From Candidatus Bathyarchaeia archaeon (GTDB taxonomy: Archaea > Thermoproteota > Bathyarchaeia > Bathyarchaeales > Bathycorpusculaceae), in contig JBEKTQ010000014.1 of NCBI GenBank assembly GCA_049515895.1, forward strand, positions 1 to 64,000: a DNA stretch of 64,000 nucleotides, in the 5' to 3' direction. Below are positions 1-10,884 of the stretch, one piece after another. The translations under genes and the position numbers were made by a program. The notes under the pieces are model-generated. The model saw nothing but the letters and a program-made list of their open reading frames with translations. It did not search any database and was not told where the DNA came from. The stretch's first letter is position 1; every line of letters starts with the position of its first letter.

Positions 1-114
1 ACGGACATAGTTATGATGGGGAGAATGAAAATCCAAGCGTTCCTAAAGCCCAACTCGAAAGAGGGAATAAGCGACACAGATTATCTCTTTATAGTACCAG
101 AACCAACTAGTTAA
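1..114 (+). CDS. 3' end of a CDS entering from the left edge (hypothetical)
   Basis: Frame 1 is open from base 1 to TAA at 112-114 (TDIVMMGRMKIQAF...PEPTS). Confidence 0.4.
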   Translation, partial: TDIVMMGRMKIQAFLKPNSKEGISDTDYLFIVPEPTS

Positions 115-132
115 GATTTTTTGTGTGTCCTT

Positions 133-270
133 TCAATTTTTTTCACCTCCGGTTCTTGCAGAAAATATTTGAGTCTTCATTACAAGTTTCAAAAAAGGGA
201 AGAGGTTTGGATGGGTCAACAGGTCTGGCTTTCGCAGTTGCACATTTTGGTCTGCTAAAATTCGAAGCAT
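133..270 (-). CDS. small hypothetical (45 aa) with an N-terminus paralogous to 596..790
   Basis: AGGAG RBS then ATG; MLRILADQ resembles MFRILETQ; starts inside the duplicated block. Confidence 0.35.
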   Translation of the reverse strand: MLRILADQNVQLRKPDLLTHPNLFPFLKLVMKTQIFSARTGGEKN

Positions 271-380
271 AGCTTCCGCTAACTCCTAAATCATTTTTTT
301 ACAAAATTCGTTTGACTAAATTTTGTCGTCTATCGAATTGAATTTGTGGTTCGGCGCTTGCGGTTGGCCCTCAATCGTTG

Positions 381-593
381 CTACCTCTTTTTTTCAAGTT
401 GCTCTGTGTCCAAGTGCTTAGAACGGCATAGAATAATTGCGCATGTCCTTTTGAGAATTATCGAAATTACATCGTACTCATCATCTTTTTGTAGCTCACG
501 TAATGCCTCGTTTATGCGGGCTTCATTATTTTTTGCATCAAACCAACCTTGCAGACTTACTACCTCAATCTTCACTCTTTCCTTAATCTTCAT
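381..593 (-). CDS. small hypothetical, mobile-element-like
   Basis: GGAGGTGA RBS upstream; 2 bp from the preceding ORF. Confidence 0.6.
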   Translation of the reverse strand: MKIKERVKIEVVSLQGWFDAKNNEARINEALRELQKDDEYDVISIILKRTCAIILCRSKHLDTEQLEKKR

Positions 594-595
594 TC

Positions 596-790
596 TTAAT
601 CACCTCCTTTCTTCCGTTTTATCCTTGCCGAACGATTTCTGGCTAAATGAGTTTGGTACATTTCTGCATCGTGAATCAAGTTTAGGAAATCTTCGTGAAC
701 TTTTTTGAGCAATTCTACATCTACAGCGTTTAACGTGTGCTCTATTTTTTGAACCAGTTGCGTTTTTTGGGTCTCTAAGATTCGAAACAT
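596..790 (-). CDS. small hypothetical
   Basis: AGGAG RBS; part of a co-oriented series. Confidence 0.6.
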   Translation of the reverse strand: MFRILETQKTQLVQKIEHTLNAVDVELLKKVHEDFLNLIHDAEMYQTHLARNRSARIKRKKGGD

Positions 791-838
791 GGCTTCCGCT
801 AACTCCTAAATAACTGATTTTTACAAAATTTTATTTAA

Positions 839-1378
839 CTAAAATTCGTCTTCGTCTATGACATTATAATGGTAGTTCATGAAATGAAAGAGTCGCATGA
901 ATTCAAGATAGTGCTCGTCCTTGACGATTCTGCAGTTATGGTAGAGAGCTATGGCTTTTAGTAAAGTCATGAAGTTCTCTTTTACGCGGATGCCAATCAA
1001 TCTTTGTCTGTGTTTCTTGGTATCAGTTGTAATGCTCGTTAGGTCATTTTTTGAAAATTTATCAAGTTCCATTGCCAAGACTTTTGTGGGCTTATCAAGT
1101 TTTTTCGCGAGTCGTTTTGGTAATATTACGTCGGCTTTTTCTTTTCTCTTAAACCGCTTTGTCTGTTGCTGGTTGTGTATTTCATTCTCGATGAAATCCA
1201 AGATTATCGCTTTCAAATTGGCACTGATTTCGTAGGTGAAAGGTATGATTCTTGATTGCCACGAGAGAGACCGAAAAACGCTTCTTTTGTCACCGAGATC
1301 GGCTTGTGTTGTGCACATAACAAATCCAATTTGTATTGGCTTTGTGAAGCGCGTGCGCGAGAAAAAAAAGTTATGCAC
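839..1378 (-). pseudogene. probable C-terminal fragment of an AAA+/MCM-like ATPase
   Basis: GFVMCTT..WQSRIIPFTY (sensor-1/Arg-finger-like) plus helical lid TLLKAIAL; no Walker A/B; in-frame stop just upstream. Confidence 0.4.
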
Positions 1379-2035
1379 TGATCAACGTTTTTTCCTTTGT
1401 TTGGTTTTCGGGCACGATGACAATGCCCTTAATTCTTGGCATTAGTGAGCCGGTGAGCATTCTTTCACCTATTTTGAGTGTCTTATTGTTTGTCTCAATC
1501 GTTCCCGTTTTATTCGCTTCGGAGACTCTGCCGGTAACTGAACTGAATTCTAGACGACTGCGAGAACATCTTGATAAGGTTGGCTGGGAAGTCGTTAAGT
1601 CAAAAAAAGCGAAATGATTAATAGAAAAATGTGCTGCCGCTATCTTGCAATTATTCCCTCTCCAGCCGGGGCAAGAATCCTCTTTGATGTTGTGGCTTCA
1701 GTGCGCCCGCCTTAAATTTGTGAGCTACAGTTCATAGACTATTGAAAGCACTGGTGATAAATCTAATAAAATCAGTTTCCACACTTTTCTCTTCACCAAT
1801 AATGGCAGGGTGATCTTGGATGATTAGGAACGTTGCAATAAACGCATTCAGATTTGGATTAAGCGCGAACTGTTGGAAATGGGATGAAAAACAAGCAACT
1901 TAGCTACGTAGATAACCCGGTATCTGAACAACACAATATCGACAACCGTATGGGCATATCGTACAGTAAAAGCTTATAATATTTTGAATACGCGCGCGTT
2001 CTACATCATTAACTTATGGTCAAGTTGCAATTCTG

Positions 2036-2365
2036 TTGTTTGGAATTGCCGTAGCGCTGTTAGTGGGCGCTGCGGAGTTTCTACTTCATGTAACAGAGTT
2101 CGATGTTTACGGTCTATCGCCACTCACCCCAGGTGTTAAGACAATCCTTGAAAACAAGGATTACGTTTCCGCGCAAAACAGGTTGCTGCACTTCAATAAT
2201 GACATAGCTAGAAGTACGTATAACATCGCTATCTTTCTGGTTTTCGGGGGATTGCTCTTCATAATTTGGCCGGACAATAATTGGATTGCCGTTGTTGTAT
2301 TTGTAGTTGGAATAGCAGTTGAAGTAATACAAGTTAAACGTACAAAAACACACAAACTCAAATAA
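2036..2365 (+). CDS. small membrane protein
   Basis: Three hydrophobic segments; TATA-like ttataat upstream. Confidence 0.55.
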   Translation: MFGIAVALLVGAAEFLLHVTEFDVYGLSPLTPGVKTILENKDYVSAQNRLLHFNNDIARSTYNIAIFLVFGGLLFIIWPDNNWIAVVVFVVGIAVEVIQVKRTKTHKLK

Positions 2366-2623
2366 ATAAGACTGACGGACGCAAGAGAAAGAGAAACTGT
2401 GGCTCAAGCTTTAATTACTGATTTAAACCGGTTTATGATCAAATAACGGATACGCTACTTCCTGCGACGAGCAAGTGCAATCCCAGATAAAAAATCACTT
2501 CGAAGCAACTTGTAAAATTCAATACAAAATTGAGGTAAAATAGTTTTCTTAAAGCATTTATTCGAGTGGTCATCATATTTGTTTATAGGAAGATTGTTTT
2601 CGCTTTGTAGCGTTGGTTAATCC

Positions 2624-5600
2624 ATGCAAGTTGAATCGTTAGAATTGGAGTACAAGTGGTATGAAGCAGCAAAATCTTACGAGCGAATAGTAAGTTCTGA
2701 AATAGAAGCTGAAGAAATGAAGGCGAATAGTTGGCAGAGAATAGGTTATTGTTATGGTTTGGCTTCCAGGCAGGCTGAAAATGTCGAGGAATTCAAACGC
2801 TTAAAACGATTTGCTGTAGAAGCTTATTCAAAGGCATCCGAACTCTACAAGCATGAAAGTAGCGAAAAAGCCAAAGGAAATTGTCTCCTTTGTCTCGCAG
2901 CTGCAGAATATAACCTTAGTTGGTTCGCTTCTTGCTCTACAGATAAGAGAGAATCGCTCGAAAACTGTTACAAGCTTGGAAAAGAAGCTTTGGAGGCTTT
3001 CAAAAGCGCCAGAGACAAGCTCAAATATGCCGAAACTTGCAACACAATAGCCATCTGCATTCACGATCTAAACGGCATCATTATTACGACCGAAGAAAAA
3101 AGAAGATTGCTTCAAGAAGGAGTAACTAGCGCTCATAAAGCAATCGACATTTTTTCTAAACTCAATAAAATAGACGATCTTATTGTTTCCCTCGCAATAT
3201 CAAGCATATTGATCACTTATCTTTATGAAATATCTGATCATTGGAAATGGAAGGGTTTAAGCATTACAAGCTCGAAACTGGCAAATGAAGCTTTGAAACT
3301 CTCTGAAAAAACTGAGAATTCTTATTCTAAATCGATGTCCTCGTGGGCAACCGGTGCATCCATTATCGAATTTGAGGAAAATATCGAAAAAAGGGCATCT
3401 TTGGCGTACCTTTATGAGATGCTCCGACATGCCACTGTAACTAGGGATAAATATCTCCAAGGTATGGCGTATAGGCTCCTAGCGTATTCTACCTACGCAA
3501 ATTTGAGGTGGGAAGGCGATCCTGAAAAAAGGAGACAAAAAATTAAAGACATGATGAATTTTTCAATCAATGGCATAAAGAAACTCCAAATTGTGTGTCA
3601 AGATGCTGAAATTGCTAATTGTTACATGTTTTATTCAGAGAGTTATTCTGACCTGGCTAGGGAAGGTGTGATCACTCGTACTGAAAAACGCCAAATTTTA
3701 GAGAAAGGAATCAAAGTTGGAGAAAAGGGGATGAAACATGCAATTAGTTCAGGTTCTCCATGGGGATTGTGGGTTAATCTTCACACTTTAAGCAGGTCAA
3801 TTCACTACTATTCAACATTGGAATCAAGAAAAGAAAAAAAAATTAAATTACTTGAAAAGGCGTTAGGATTCAGGAAAGAGGAGATTGAGAAAGCAAAAAA
3901 AACCTTTGGATCTAACGTTTGGTATATAGGCACAGCAATGGTTTACGCTGCGCAAATCGAAGCAGAATTAGCTGACCTGGAAAAAGACAAGCAAAAAAAA
4001 GGTAACCTTTTTGAAAATGCCATGAAAGACATGACGAAGGGAGTTTCTGAATGCAAGAAACAGCTTGATTTTTTTATTGTACCCCCAGTTACCATAGGGA
4101 TAGCAATAAACGAGGACATTTTAGGCGAGATGCAGGTAAAAAACTATTCACTGACAAAAAAAGAAGAAAATTTGATAAAATCAAACGAGAATTTTGATGA
4201 TGCCGCGAAAAATTTCGAGAAACTAAATTTGCCAAGTCGAGCCGCAGAATCTTGCTGGAAAATCGCGAGAAACTGCGATCTTTTGGGCGAGTATCGAAAA
4301 GCCTCGGATAACTTTCAAAGAGCTTTTTCCGATTATAATATCGCTGCGGAAAAAATTCCCCAATTCAAAAACTTTTATCTCGATTATTCAATTTACATGG
4401 AAGCATGGATGGAAATAGAAAAAGCAAAACTCGCACATGACCTTGAGGATTTCAGTAAGGCAGAGAAGCATTATGAAAAAACATCCATCCTTTTTCAGCA
4501 AACTAGATCTTGGAATTATTTTTCCTCAAATTTTTATGCTTGGTCACTTTTAGAACGATCAGAGGATCTCAGTAGGAAAGACAACGGCAAAGAAGCAATA
4601 ATTGCCTTTGATAAAACGATAGAGTCTTTCAGACTTTCAAAACAACTTCTAATCGACAATTTACATGGAATAGAGCAAACAGACGAAAAAGACTAAGTAA
4701 ACAGACTCATTAAAATTTCTGATGCAAGAGAAAAATATAGCCAGGGAAGAATTGCGATAGAAGAGGCGAAAATCCTGGACAAAGAAGGCGACCATGCAGC
4801 TAGCTCAAGCAAATATCGAGCAGCCTCGACACTATTCAAGAGCCTTATCCAAGAGAATTCAGAACAGATTGGAACCGAGGCAAAGCCATTGTTCTATCTT
4901 TGTCAGGCTTGGGAGAAAATGACCATGGCTAAGGTAAAAGTTTCCTCTGAAATGTACGGGGAGGCGGCCGAGCTGTTCAAAATAGCAAGTGAGCATACTC
5001 AAAACGAATCAACAAACCTGTTAACACTAGCTCACAGCAGTTTCTGCAGAGCGTTGGAAGCAGGAACAAAATTTGAAACAACTAGAAACAAGTCGATGTA
5101 CACTAAAGCAAACAAACACATGAATGCAGCTGCAAGTTACTATCTCAAAGCAGGCTTCGAAAATTTTTCAGAATATACTACGGCAACACAAAGCCTTTTC
5201 GAAAGCTACGTATTTATGGATCAAGCTAGAAGAGAAACAGACCCAGAACAGCAAGCAAAGTATTATTTGATGGCGGAAAAAGTCCTTCAAAAGTCTGCTG
5301 ATTGCTTCGCAAAAGCAAAGTACAATGAAAAAGCAAATCAGGTGCAACGACTTCTTCGCAAGGTCAAGGAAGACAAAGAACTCGCCATATCTTTGAATGA
5401 AGTTTTTCATGCGCCTGTGATCACGTCATCGACAGCAAGTTTCTCTACTTTGAGTTTGAGCGAAGAAAAAGCTGTAGGGTTGGAGAGATTTGCACAAATG
5501 GATGTTCTGGCCAAGTTGCTTGTTCAAGAAAGTGATGCGACTGTTGGTCAAGATAAGACACTTATCATTCAGATCGTAAATATTGGGAAAGTACCAGTTT

Positions 5601-6535
5601 GGCTCACAAAAATTGAAGATATTGTGCCAATGGGTTCTCAATTGATTAGAGGACCTGACTATTCCTCTGTAGATAATCGGAATCTCACCATTAAAGGAAA
5701 ACAGGTGAGTCCAATGAAGATAGAGGAGATCGAAATTGTTTTGCGACCTATCAAGAAAGGCACGCTTGTGATCAAGCCAAGAATTACCTACGTTAATGAA
5801 ACGGGTCGTCAGTCTTTCAATTACCCTGAATCTATTAGTCTTAATGTCTCTGAGATGGTACTTCCCGGCAGGGTAGCAACTGGCTGCTCAGAGCTTGATA
5901 ATTTGCTCTTAGGAGGAATCCCAGAACATTATTCAGTGCTGCTTATGTCCCGTTCCAGCGATGAAAGACAACTCTTGGTCAATAAATATGTTGAAACTGG
6001 CGCCAAAGAGAACCAACCGACATTCTATATTACGACTAACGCCGATTGTGTGAAAACTTTAGCGGAAGCGTATCCGTCAAATTTCTATCTTTTTCTTTGC
6101 AATCCCAGAGCGGACGCAATGATTAAGGATTTTCTCAATGTATTCAAGTTAAACGGCATGGAAAACTTGACAAACATAGATATCGCTCTTGCAAAGGGGC
6201 TCAGCACGATAGACGCTTCCCCTGATTGTATGAAAAGAGCCTGCGTTGAAATCGTTTCAGATGTTTTGCTGCTTCATAAGGCAGCCATTACTCAGAAATG
6301 GCTCAGCCAACTGCTTGCAGAACTTAGAGCTAAAGGCTTTACAACGTTAGCGGTTCTAAACCCTCAGATGCATTCTCAGGAAGAAGTTCAAGCAATATTG
6401 GAACATTTCGAAGGGGAGATTCAGATTTGTGAGAAAGAAACAGAGAAGGGACCTGCGCAGTTCCTGAGGGTCAGAAAACTACTCAACAAAAAATATTTGG
6501 ATGCTGAATTGCTCTTGACAAAAGAGATCTTGTAG
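2624..6535 (+). pseudogene. large TPR/helical-repeat protein with Ig-like and C-terminal RAD55/KaiC-like (degenerate P-loop) domains, split by one in-frame TAA at 4694-4696
   Basis: ORFs 2624..4696 and 4889..6535 share a frame and the linker is open (VNRLIKISDAREKY..); RVATGCSELDNLLLGGIP is a KaiC/RAD55 N-motif. Confidence 0.8.
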
Positions 6536-6713
6536 GCCTAAGAAATCTCATTATGAATTAAGATATTATATTATGCGGAATTCTGGAGCCTGCAAGCTAA
6601 TCAAGGTGCCACCTTTGGCTAGTATTGTTCGCTACAAATAATAAATGAAGAGTCTGTTGCGAATGTTCCAATAGGGAAAGGCTTTTCAGTAAAGAGCGAC
6701 CAAATATGACTTC

Positions 6714-7168
6714 ATGAGTATCTTAAAAACCGTCTCGATAATTATCGCAATTATTCTTTTCAGCCTCTTAATAATAACCATTATCCTTGTTCAACTAGGA
6801 GTGGTTACGATTCCCGCCTTTTTGGGGACGACAACTTTTTGGTTGACTACGATGTAAAGACAAATGATATCACTGGGTTTAGCTGTCTATATCTAGCTAA
6901 TGGCGGCACGGTTGCACGAGACATCGAAATTGACTTTTCATGTCAAGGAAAAACTGATTTTCTCTATACAAGTTCCCTTGGAACAAATGAAAGAGTGCAG
7001 ATTTGGGCCGGAAAATTTGCTGAATTGGGCAATAACATAGTTGTTGATGTTAAATTTAGAAACATGTACAACAATCCTCTTCACGAAATTTTGTCTATAA
7101 ACATAGATTCCATTAACAGTTCGAAACGAAAAATTGTGCCCATTCAAAACATTAGTAATGCAACCTGA
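6714..7168 (+). pseudogene. membrane-anchored hypothetical, frameshifted or internally deleted
   Basis: ATG 6714 encodes a TM peptide (MSILKTVSIIIAIILF..); a beta-rich ORF continues in another frame from the T-run near 6835-6840. Confidence 0.4.
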
Positions 7169-7273
7169 AACGTATGAGCCATCTAAACATATTACATCAA
7201 TGAACGCTGACAAGTACAATGGATGCTACAATAGAAAAACCCATTTCTTAAAAACATTAAGATTCAGCTGTCA

Positions 7274-8611
7274 TTAGCAATGCGTTTGTGCGGGTTGCGT
7301 GTGGATCGATGTCGAAATAAGCCAGGCTGAAACTGCCAAGCACGCGGCGGCTGTTATGAAGGTTGTAAAGAATCCCAGGTAAAATGAGGAGAACCCCGAA
7401 ACTAGGGATCCAACCATTGTTGCTATTGCCACCAGTGCACTGTAGACTCCCAAGGAAGAACCCTGATTCGTTTGTCCAAGCGCATTGAACACCATGGTAT
7501 TCGATGCGGTGAAGTATATTGAATAGGCAAGTCCGGAAGCAAGGGGATAGAAAATTAGTACGGGAGCGAGGAACCATATTCCCACTACGAGGTATGCGGA
7601 AACTCCCAATAGTCCGTAGCACGTTGATCTCAGGATAAGACTTGCGACCGTTGCCTTAACAGGCGATTTTTTCTCCGTGTAAGGGCCCGCAAACCTGAAT
7701 GAAACTACTTGGACCACCATGGTGACTGTTGTGGCTAAGAAAATCAGCAGGTTCGAAGCATGATTGGCATGCAAAGAGGGAACTATTGAAGTGTTGAAGA
7801 TTCCTGTCCCCACATAGAACGTGAATATGGAGAGATAAAGAAGCGGCACGTATCTGGTAAGTTCGCATTTTAATGCTGCAAACACCCTTCTAAAATCATC
7901 TAACCTTGGAATCCTTAAGAACAAATACGGAATGACTTGAAGCCTATGAAAGAAGCTGGGTTTCGTCAAGGCTATGCTATTTCGCTCAAAAATAACTTTC
8001 GGCTCACTTATCATTAGAACAGAAAGACCAGCAGAAATCAACGACAGAATAGTCAAAGCTAGTACAATGTAGGTTAACGGAAAAACCAAAGACCAAGCCA
8101 AGCAGAGAACCAGCCCCAAAGTGTTGCCGATACTCGAAATCATAGATAACCTGGCGAACGCGCTTGCCCATTTTTGCTTGCGCTCCGTCTCCATGATGAG
8201 AAGATTCAAAGGTGTTGTCGAAGCGGTCGTAGCAAAAGAAAACACGGCATACAGCAAAGAGATGGAGTAAAAGGTTCTTGCAACGAAAAATAGTCCGAAG
8301 ACCCCTGCTGTCGCCAGGTAACTTATAATGATAATTGGTCTCCTTCTGTGAGCTCGATCAGTGGCAAAACCCCAAAACATGGCAGCGGGAATGCTGACCG
8401 TATTATATAGTGTAACTGCGAGGCCGACTTCAATAACCGTTCCATGCATGTTTAAAATAAAGAGCTGAATAATGGTCGAAACAGGTCCCAAAGCAATGCT
8501 TATTGGCAGCACCGAATTTATCCAAGCCACACGGTTTGCCTTCGCAGCGACAGCCGGACTATTCTGTGCGCGAGAATCAGCCTCAGGGCTTCCGCTTGAT
8601 CGTTCCTGCAA
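7274..8611 (-). CDS. MFS transporter
   Basis: About 12 TM helices; motif A-like WGFATDRAHRRRP. Confidence 0.9.
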   Translation of the reverse strand: MQERSSGSPEADSRAQNSPAVAAKANRVAWINSVLPISIALGPVSTIIQLFILNMHGTVIEVGLAVTLYNTVSIPAAMFWGFATDRAHRRRPIIIISYLATAGVFGLFFVARTFYSISLLYAVFSFATTASTTPLNLLIMETERKQKWASAFARLSMISSIGNTLGLVLCLAWSLVFPLTYIVLALTILSLISAGLSVLMISEPKVIFERNSIALTKPSFFHRLQVIPYLFLRIPRLDDFRRVFAALKCELTRYVPLLYLSIFTFYVGTGIFNTSIVPSLHANHASNLLIFLATTVTMVVQVVSFRFAGPYTEKKSPVKATVASLILRSTCYGLLGVSAYLVVGIWFLAPVLIFYPLASGLAYSIYFTASNTMVFNALGQTNQGSSLGVYSALVAIATMVGSLVSGFSSFYLGFFTTFITAAACLAVSAWLISTSIHTQPAQTHC

Positions 8612-8933
8612 CCTTAAAGCTCCTTTTTGAGTTCAAAATTAACCTCTTCTTCTCCGGCAGCGGTCAATCCACTCAACTATTTTAACGCATATCATACAGC
8701 CAAGTTTTATAATTAACTGAACACTCAAGGCCCGCCTATTGCAGAATATGAGCGCCCGCACTTTTGTAAAGACCCAAGCAGACATAAGTTGAGTTGAAAC
8801 TTACCAAAATTGATTGGATTCGAGCCTGAAGCGATGCAAGTCTCTACAGGGCTCATCCCAACCAATAAATGTGTGCAGTTTAGCGCTTCAGTAGCAGAAA
8901 AGGCTCCATCCCCACTCTAGTTGGAACCATTAA

Positions 8934-8954
8934 TGGGGCCGCTGGGATTTGAAC
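8934..8954 (-). mobile_element. tRNA 3'-end fragment (att-like scar)
   Basis: Reverse complement GTTCAAATCCCAGCGGCCCCA = T-loop + 3' T-stem + acceptor strand; no matching 5' half. Confidence 0.65.
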
Positions 8955-9056
8955 GCGGACTCTTGGCGATTGAAGAACGCCCCTGTCTGCTGTTTCTCCG
9001 CAGCATCTTCCCCTTTTTTGTTTCCATTGACGGAAGTTTGGCAGGAGATGAAAGAC

Positions 9057-9193
9057 ATGAGTCAAGAAACGATCAAATGTCCTCAATGCGGCAGCACAAA
9101 ACTTTGGAAGGATGGAAAGTACTTCACTGCAAATGAGAAGAAAGACAGCGTTACCTTTGTCGAGAATGCGGGTATCGGTTCTCAGTACGTTAA
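9057..9193 (+). pseudogene. frameshifted Zn-ribbon (IS1/integrase N-terminal type) remnant
   Basis: CPQCGSTKLWKDG, then RQRYLCRECGYRFS in a shifted frame; next to the tRNA scar. Confidence 0.65.
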
Positions 9194-9295
9194 CAATTCT
9201 CAGCCACCTAAGAAAATGGAAAAATACTTGTTTCTCTGTGTCCTTCTTTGAATCCATGATAAAATCTCATTGACAATAACTTAATATCAAATAAA

Positions 9296-9673
9296 TTGAT
9301 TATTCAGTTATTAGTTATTAATTTTAATAGGAGGCATATTGCGACACAAAACATTAAACTGATCGTTTATCCTGTCAAAGATATAGAAAAAGCTAAAGCA
9401 TTTTATGGCAAGTTTCTAGACGCAGAACCGTATGTCGCGAGCCCCTACTATGTAGGTTATAGGGTCGGCGATCAGGAAGTCGGTTTAGACCCTAACTCTA
9501 AAGTGGGGCCTATTGCTTATACTGATGTAAAGGATATCAAAAGCAGTCTTCAAGCATTGGTTAAGGTCGGTGCTGAGGTTGTACAAGATGTTAAGGAAGT
9601 AGGTGGCGGTTTGTTGATAGCTCAGGTTAAGGACGTTGACGGCAACGTGGTTGGGCTAAGACAACAATCTTAA
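9296..9673 (+). CDS. VOC/glyoxalase family protein
   Basis: YPVKDIEKAKAFY..DVDGNVVGL; AGGAGG suggests the true start is near 9338. Confidence 0.9.
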   Translation: MIIQLLVINFNRRHIATQNIKLIVYPVKDIEKAKAFYGKFLDAEPYVASPYYVGYRVGDQEVGLDPNSKVGPIAYTDVKDIKSSLQALVKVGAEVVQDVKEVGGGLLIAQVKDVDGNVVGLRQQS

Positions 9674-10046
9674 ATGAGTAGAGCATTTTTACTAACGCTG
9701 CTTGTCGTACCAACGTCTTTTCTCCTTACCGGGCTAGGATTGATCGACGGATACTTAGCCGATGCTACCCATTAACGGTTATACCTTACCCGAAAACTCG
9801 GCAGACATGCCTAATTAGCTACCATCCAATCCTACTTCAAGGGCTATCTCTCGCACTAAGCCTCTTTTTGGGTGGGATGCATATTGGGTCAGAATGCTTA
9901 TCAAGAGTATCCATTCGTCTCTAAAGAAGTCGTTATCAACTCTGAGATCCCCCCCTAATCGTATCTTGGCAGAGCCGTGCCGATAGCCGCCGGCACACGA
10001 GAGAGAAGGCAGGCGGAGAGTACAGAGAGATCGTTGGACCCGTCGA

Positions 10047-10463
10047 CTAGACTCGTTTAGAGGAAATGTTCAGCTCCACCGCTGCGCGAATGAGTGCCTT
10101 CAGGGCATCTTCGTCGACCTTGTCACCTTCATGAAAGTCGATGGCACGTCTCGCGCTACCCTCGAGACAAGAATTGAAGAGACCTGAGGGGTCATCCAAC
10201 GAGGCGCCCTTGGGAAATGTCATCTTTACGGCATTCTTGTAGATCTCGCCGGTGCAGATCAACCCATCGTGAGACCAAACCGCGACGCCCAGCGGATTGG
10301 ACGGCTTTATCCACTTTACTTCCTCGACGACTTTAGGGTCGGCTTGCTTGATCAAAGCGCGGAGGCGGGAAAGCATCTCTCCGCGCCAGTCGCCTAGCTC
10401 CTGGATTCGCGCATCTATCAGCTGAGATGGGGACTCGCCCTTGGGTTGGCTTATCTTCTTCAT
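10047..10463 (-). CDS. DUF1801/YdhG-like protein
   Basis: LGDWRGEMLSRLRALIKQADP..EEVKW..KGASLDDPSGLFN; locally GC-richer. Confidence 0.85.
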   Translation of the reverse strand: MKKISQPKGESPSQLIDARIQELGDWRGEMLSRLRALIKQADPKVVEEVKWIKPSNPLGVAVWSHDGLICTGEIYKNAVKMTFPKGASLDDPSGLFNSCLEGSARRAIDFHEGDKVDEDALKALIRAAVELNISSKRV

Positions 10464-10569
10464 GTTGCTAGTGGGGTTCTTCAGTGGCTTTTATGTTTTG
10501 CGAGGAAGATTACGCCGCTTTCAGTCAGGCGAAATTGCGGTCATAATGGTCGGTTGCCTGCTGGGTTTG

Positions 10570-10585
10570 TGGTGGGGCCGCTGGG
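10570..10585 (-). mobile_element. second tRNA 3'-end fragment, including CCA
   Basis: Reverse complement CCCAGCGGCCCCACCA; shares TGGGGCCGCTGGG with the 8934 fragment. Confidence 0.55.
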
Positions 10586-10884
10586 TCCCAGACCCAAATG
10601 GGTTCGGAACCATTAATTCTGACCTCAACGAAATACTCACCTTAGGAGCGAGGAGGGCGCGCGCGAGAAGACAGACAATTTGCTGCAAACGGAGAGAAAG
10701 TTTTTTTGGTATGATACTGCCCCTGCTTCCCGAACGGAAATTGGGTGGTAGAACCTATTTGTACCCATTGAAACTTTGACGACAATCAGTTAAAAGGTTG
10801 GATTCTAAGTTCAGACTTAGCCAAACTTGCGAGCGTGCGCGTTAATACGTCAATCACTTATCGGCATTGCTTTCACTTTCTTAG

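Larger units (their letters stand above)
235..859. repeat. ~100 bp imperfect direct repeat (235-333 and 755-859)
   Basis: Both copies carry cagttg..ttcgaa(g/a)cat(a/g)gcttccgctaactcctaaat..tttttacaaaatt..gtctat; offset ~520 bp. Confidence 0.85.

Noticed and set aside
346-708. Shadow ORFs (e.g. 346..708, 951..1235, 8880..9257, 10441..10779, 62266..62553, 62769..63074)
   Set aside because: Antisense or out-of-frame overlaps of better-supported genes or scars, with no recognisable motifs
4694-4696. Genetic-code reassignment suggested by two in-frame stops
   Set aside because: The stops differ (TAA vs TAG), and both codons terminate many genes normally in this window
8890-9010. Intact tRNA gene
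   Set aside because: Only the T-loop-to-discriminator part is present; the 5' T-stem does not pair and there are no D or anticodon arms
9680-10046. Possible ncRNA in the GC-richer intergenic region
   Set aside because: No convincing long stems or known RNA motif found by eye; more likely decayed foreign DNA
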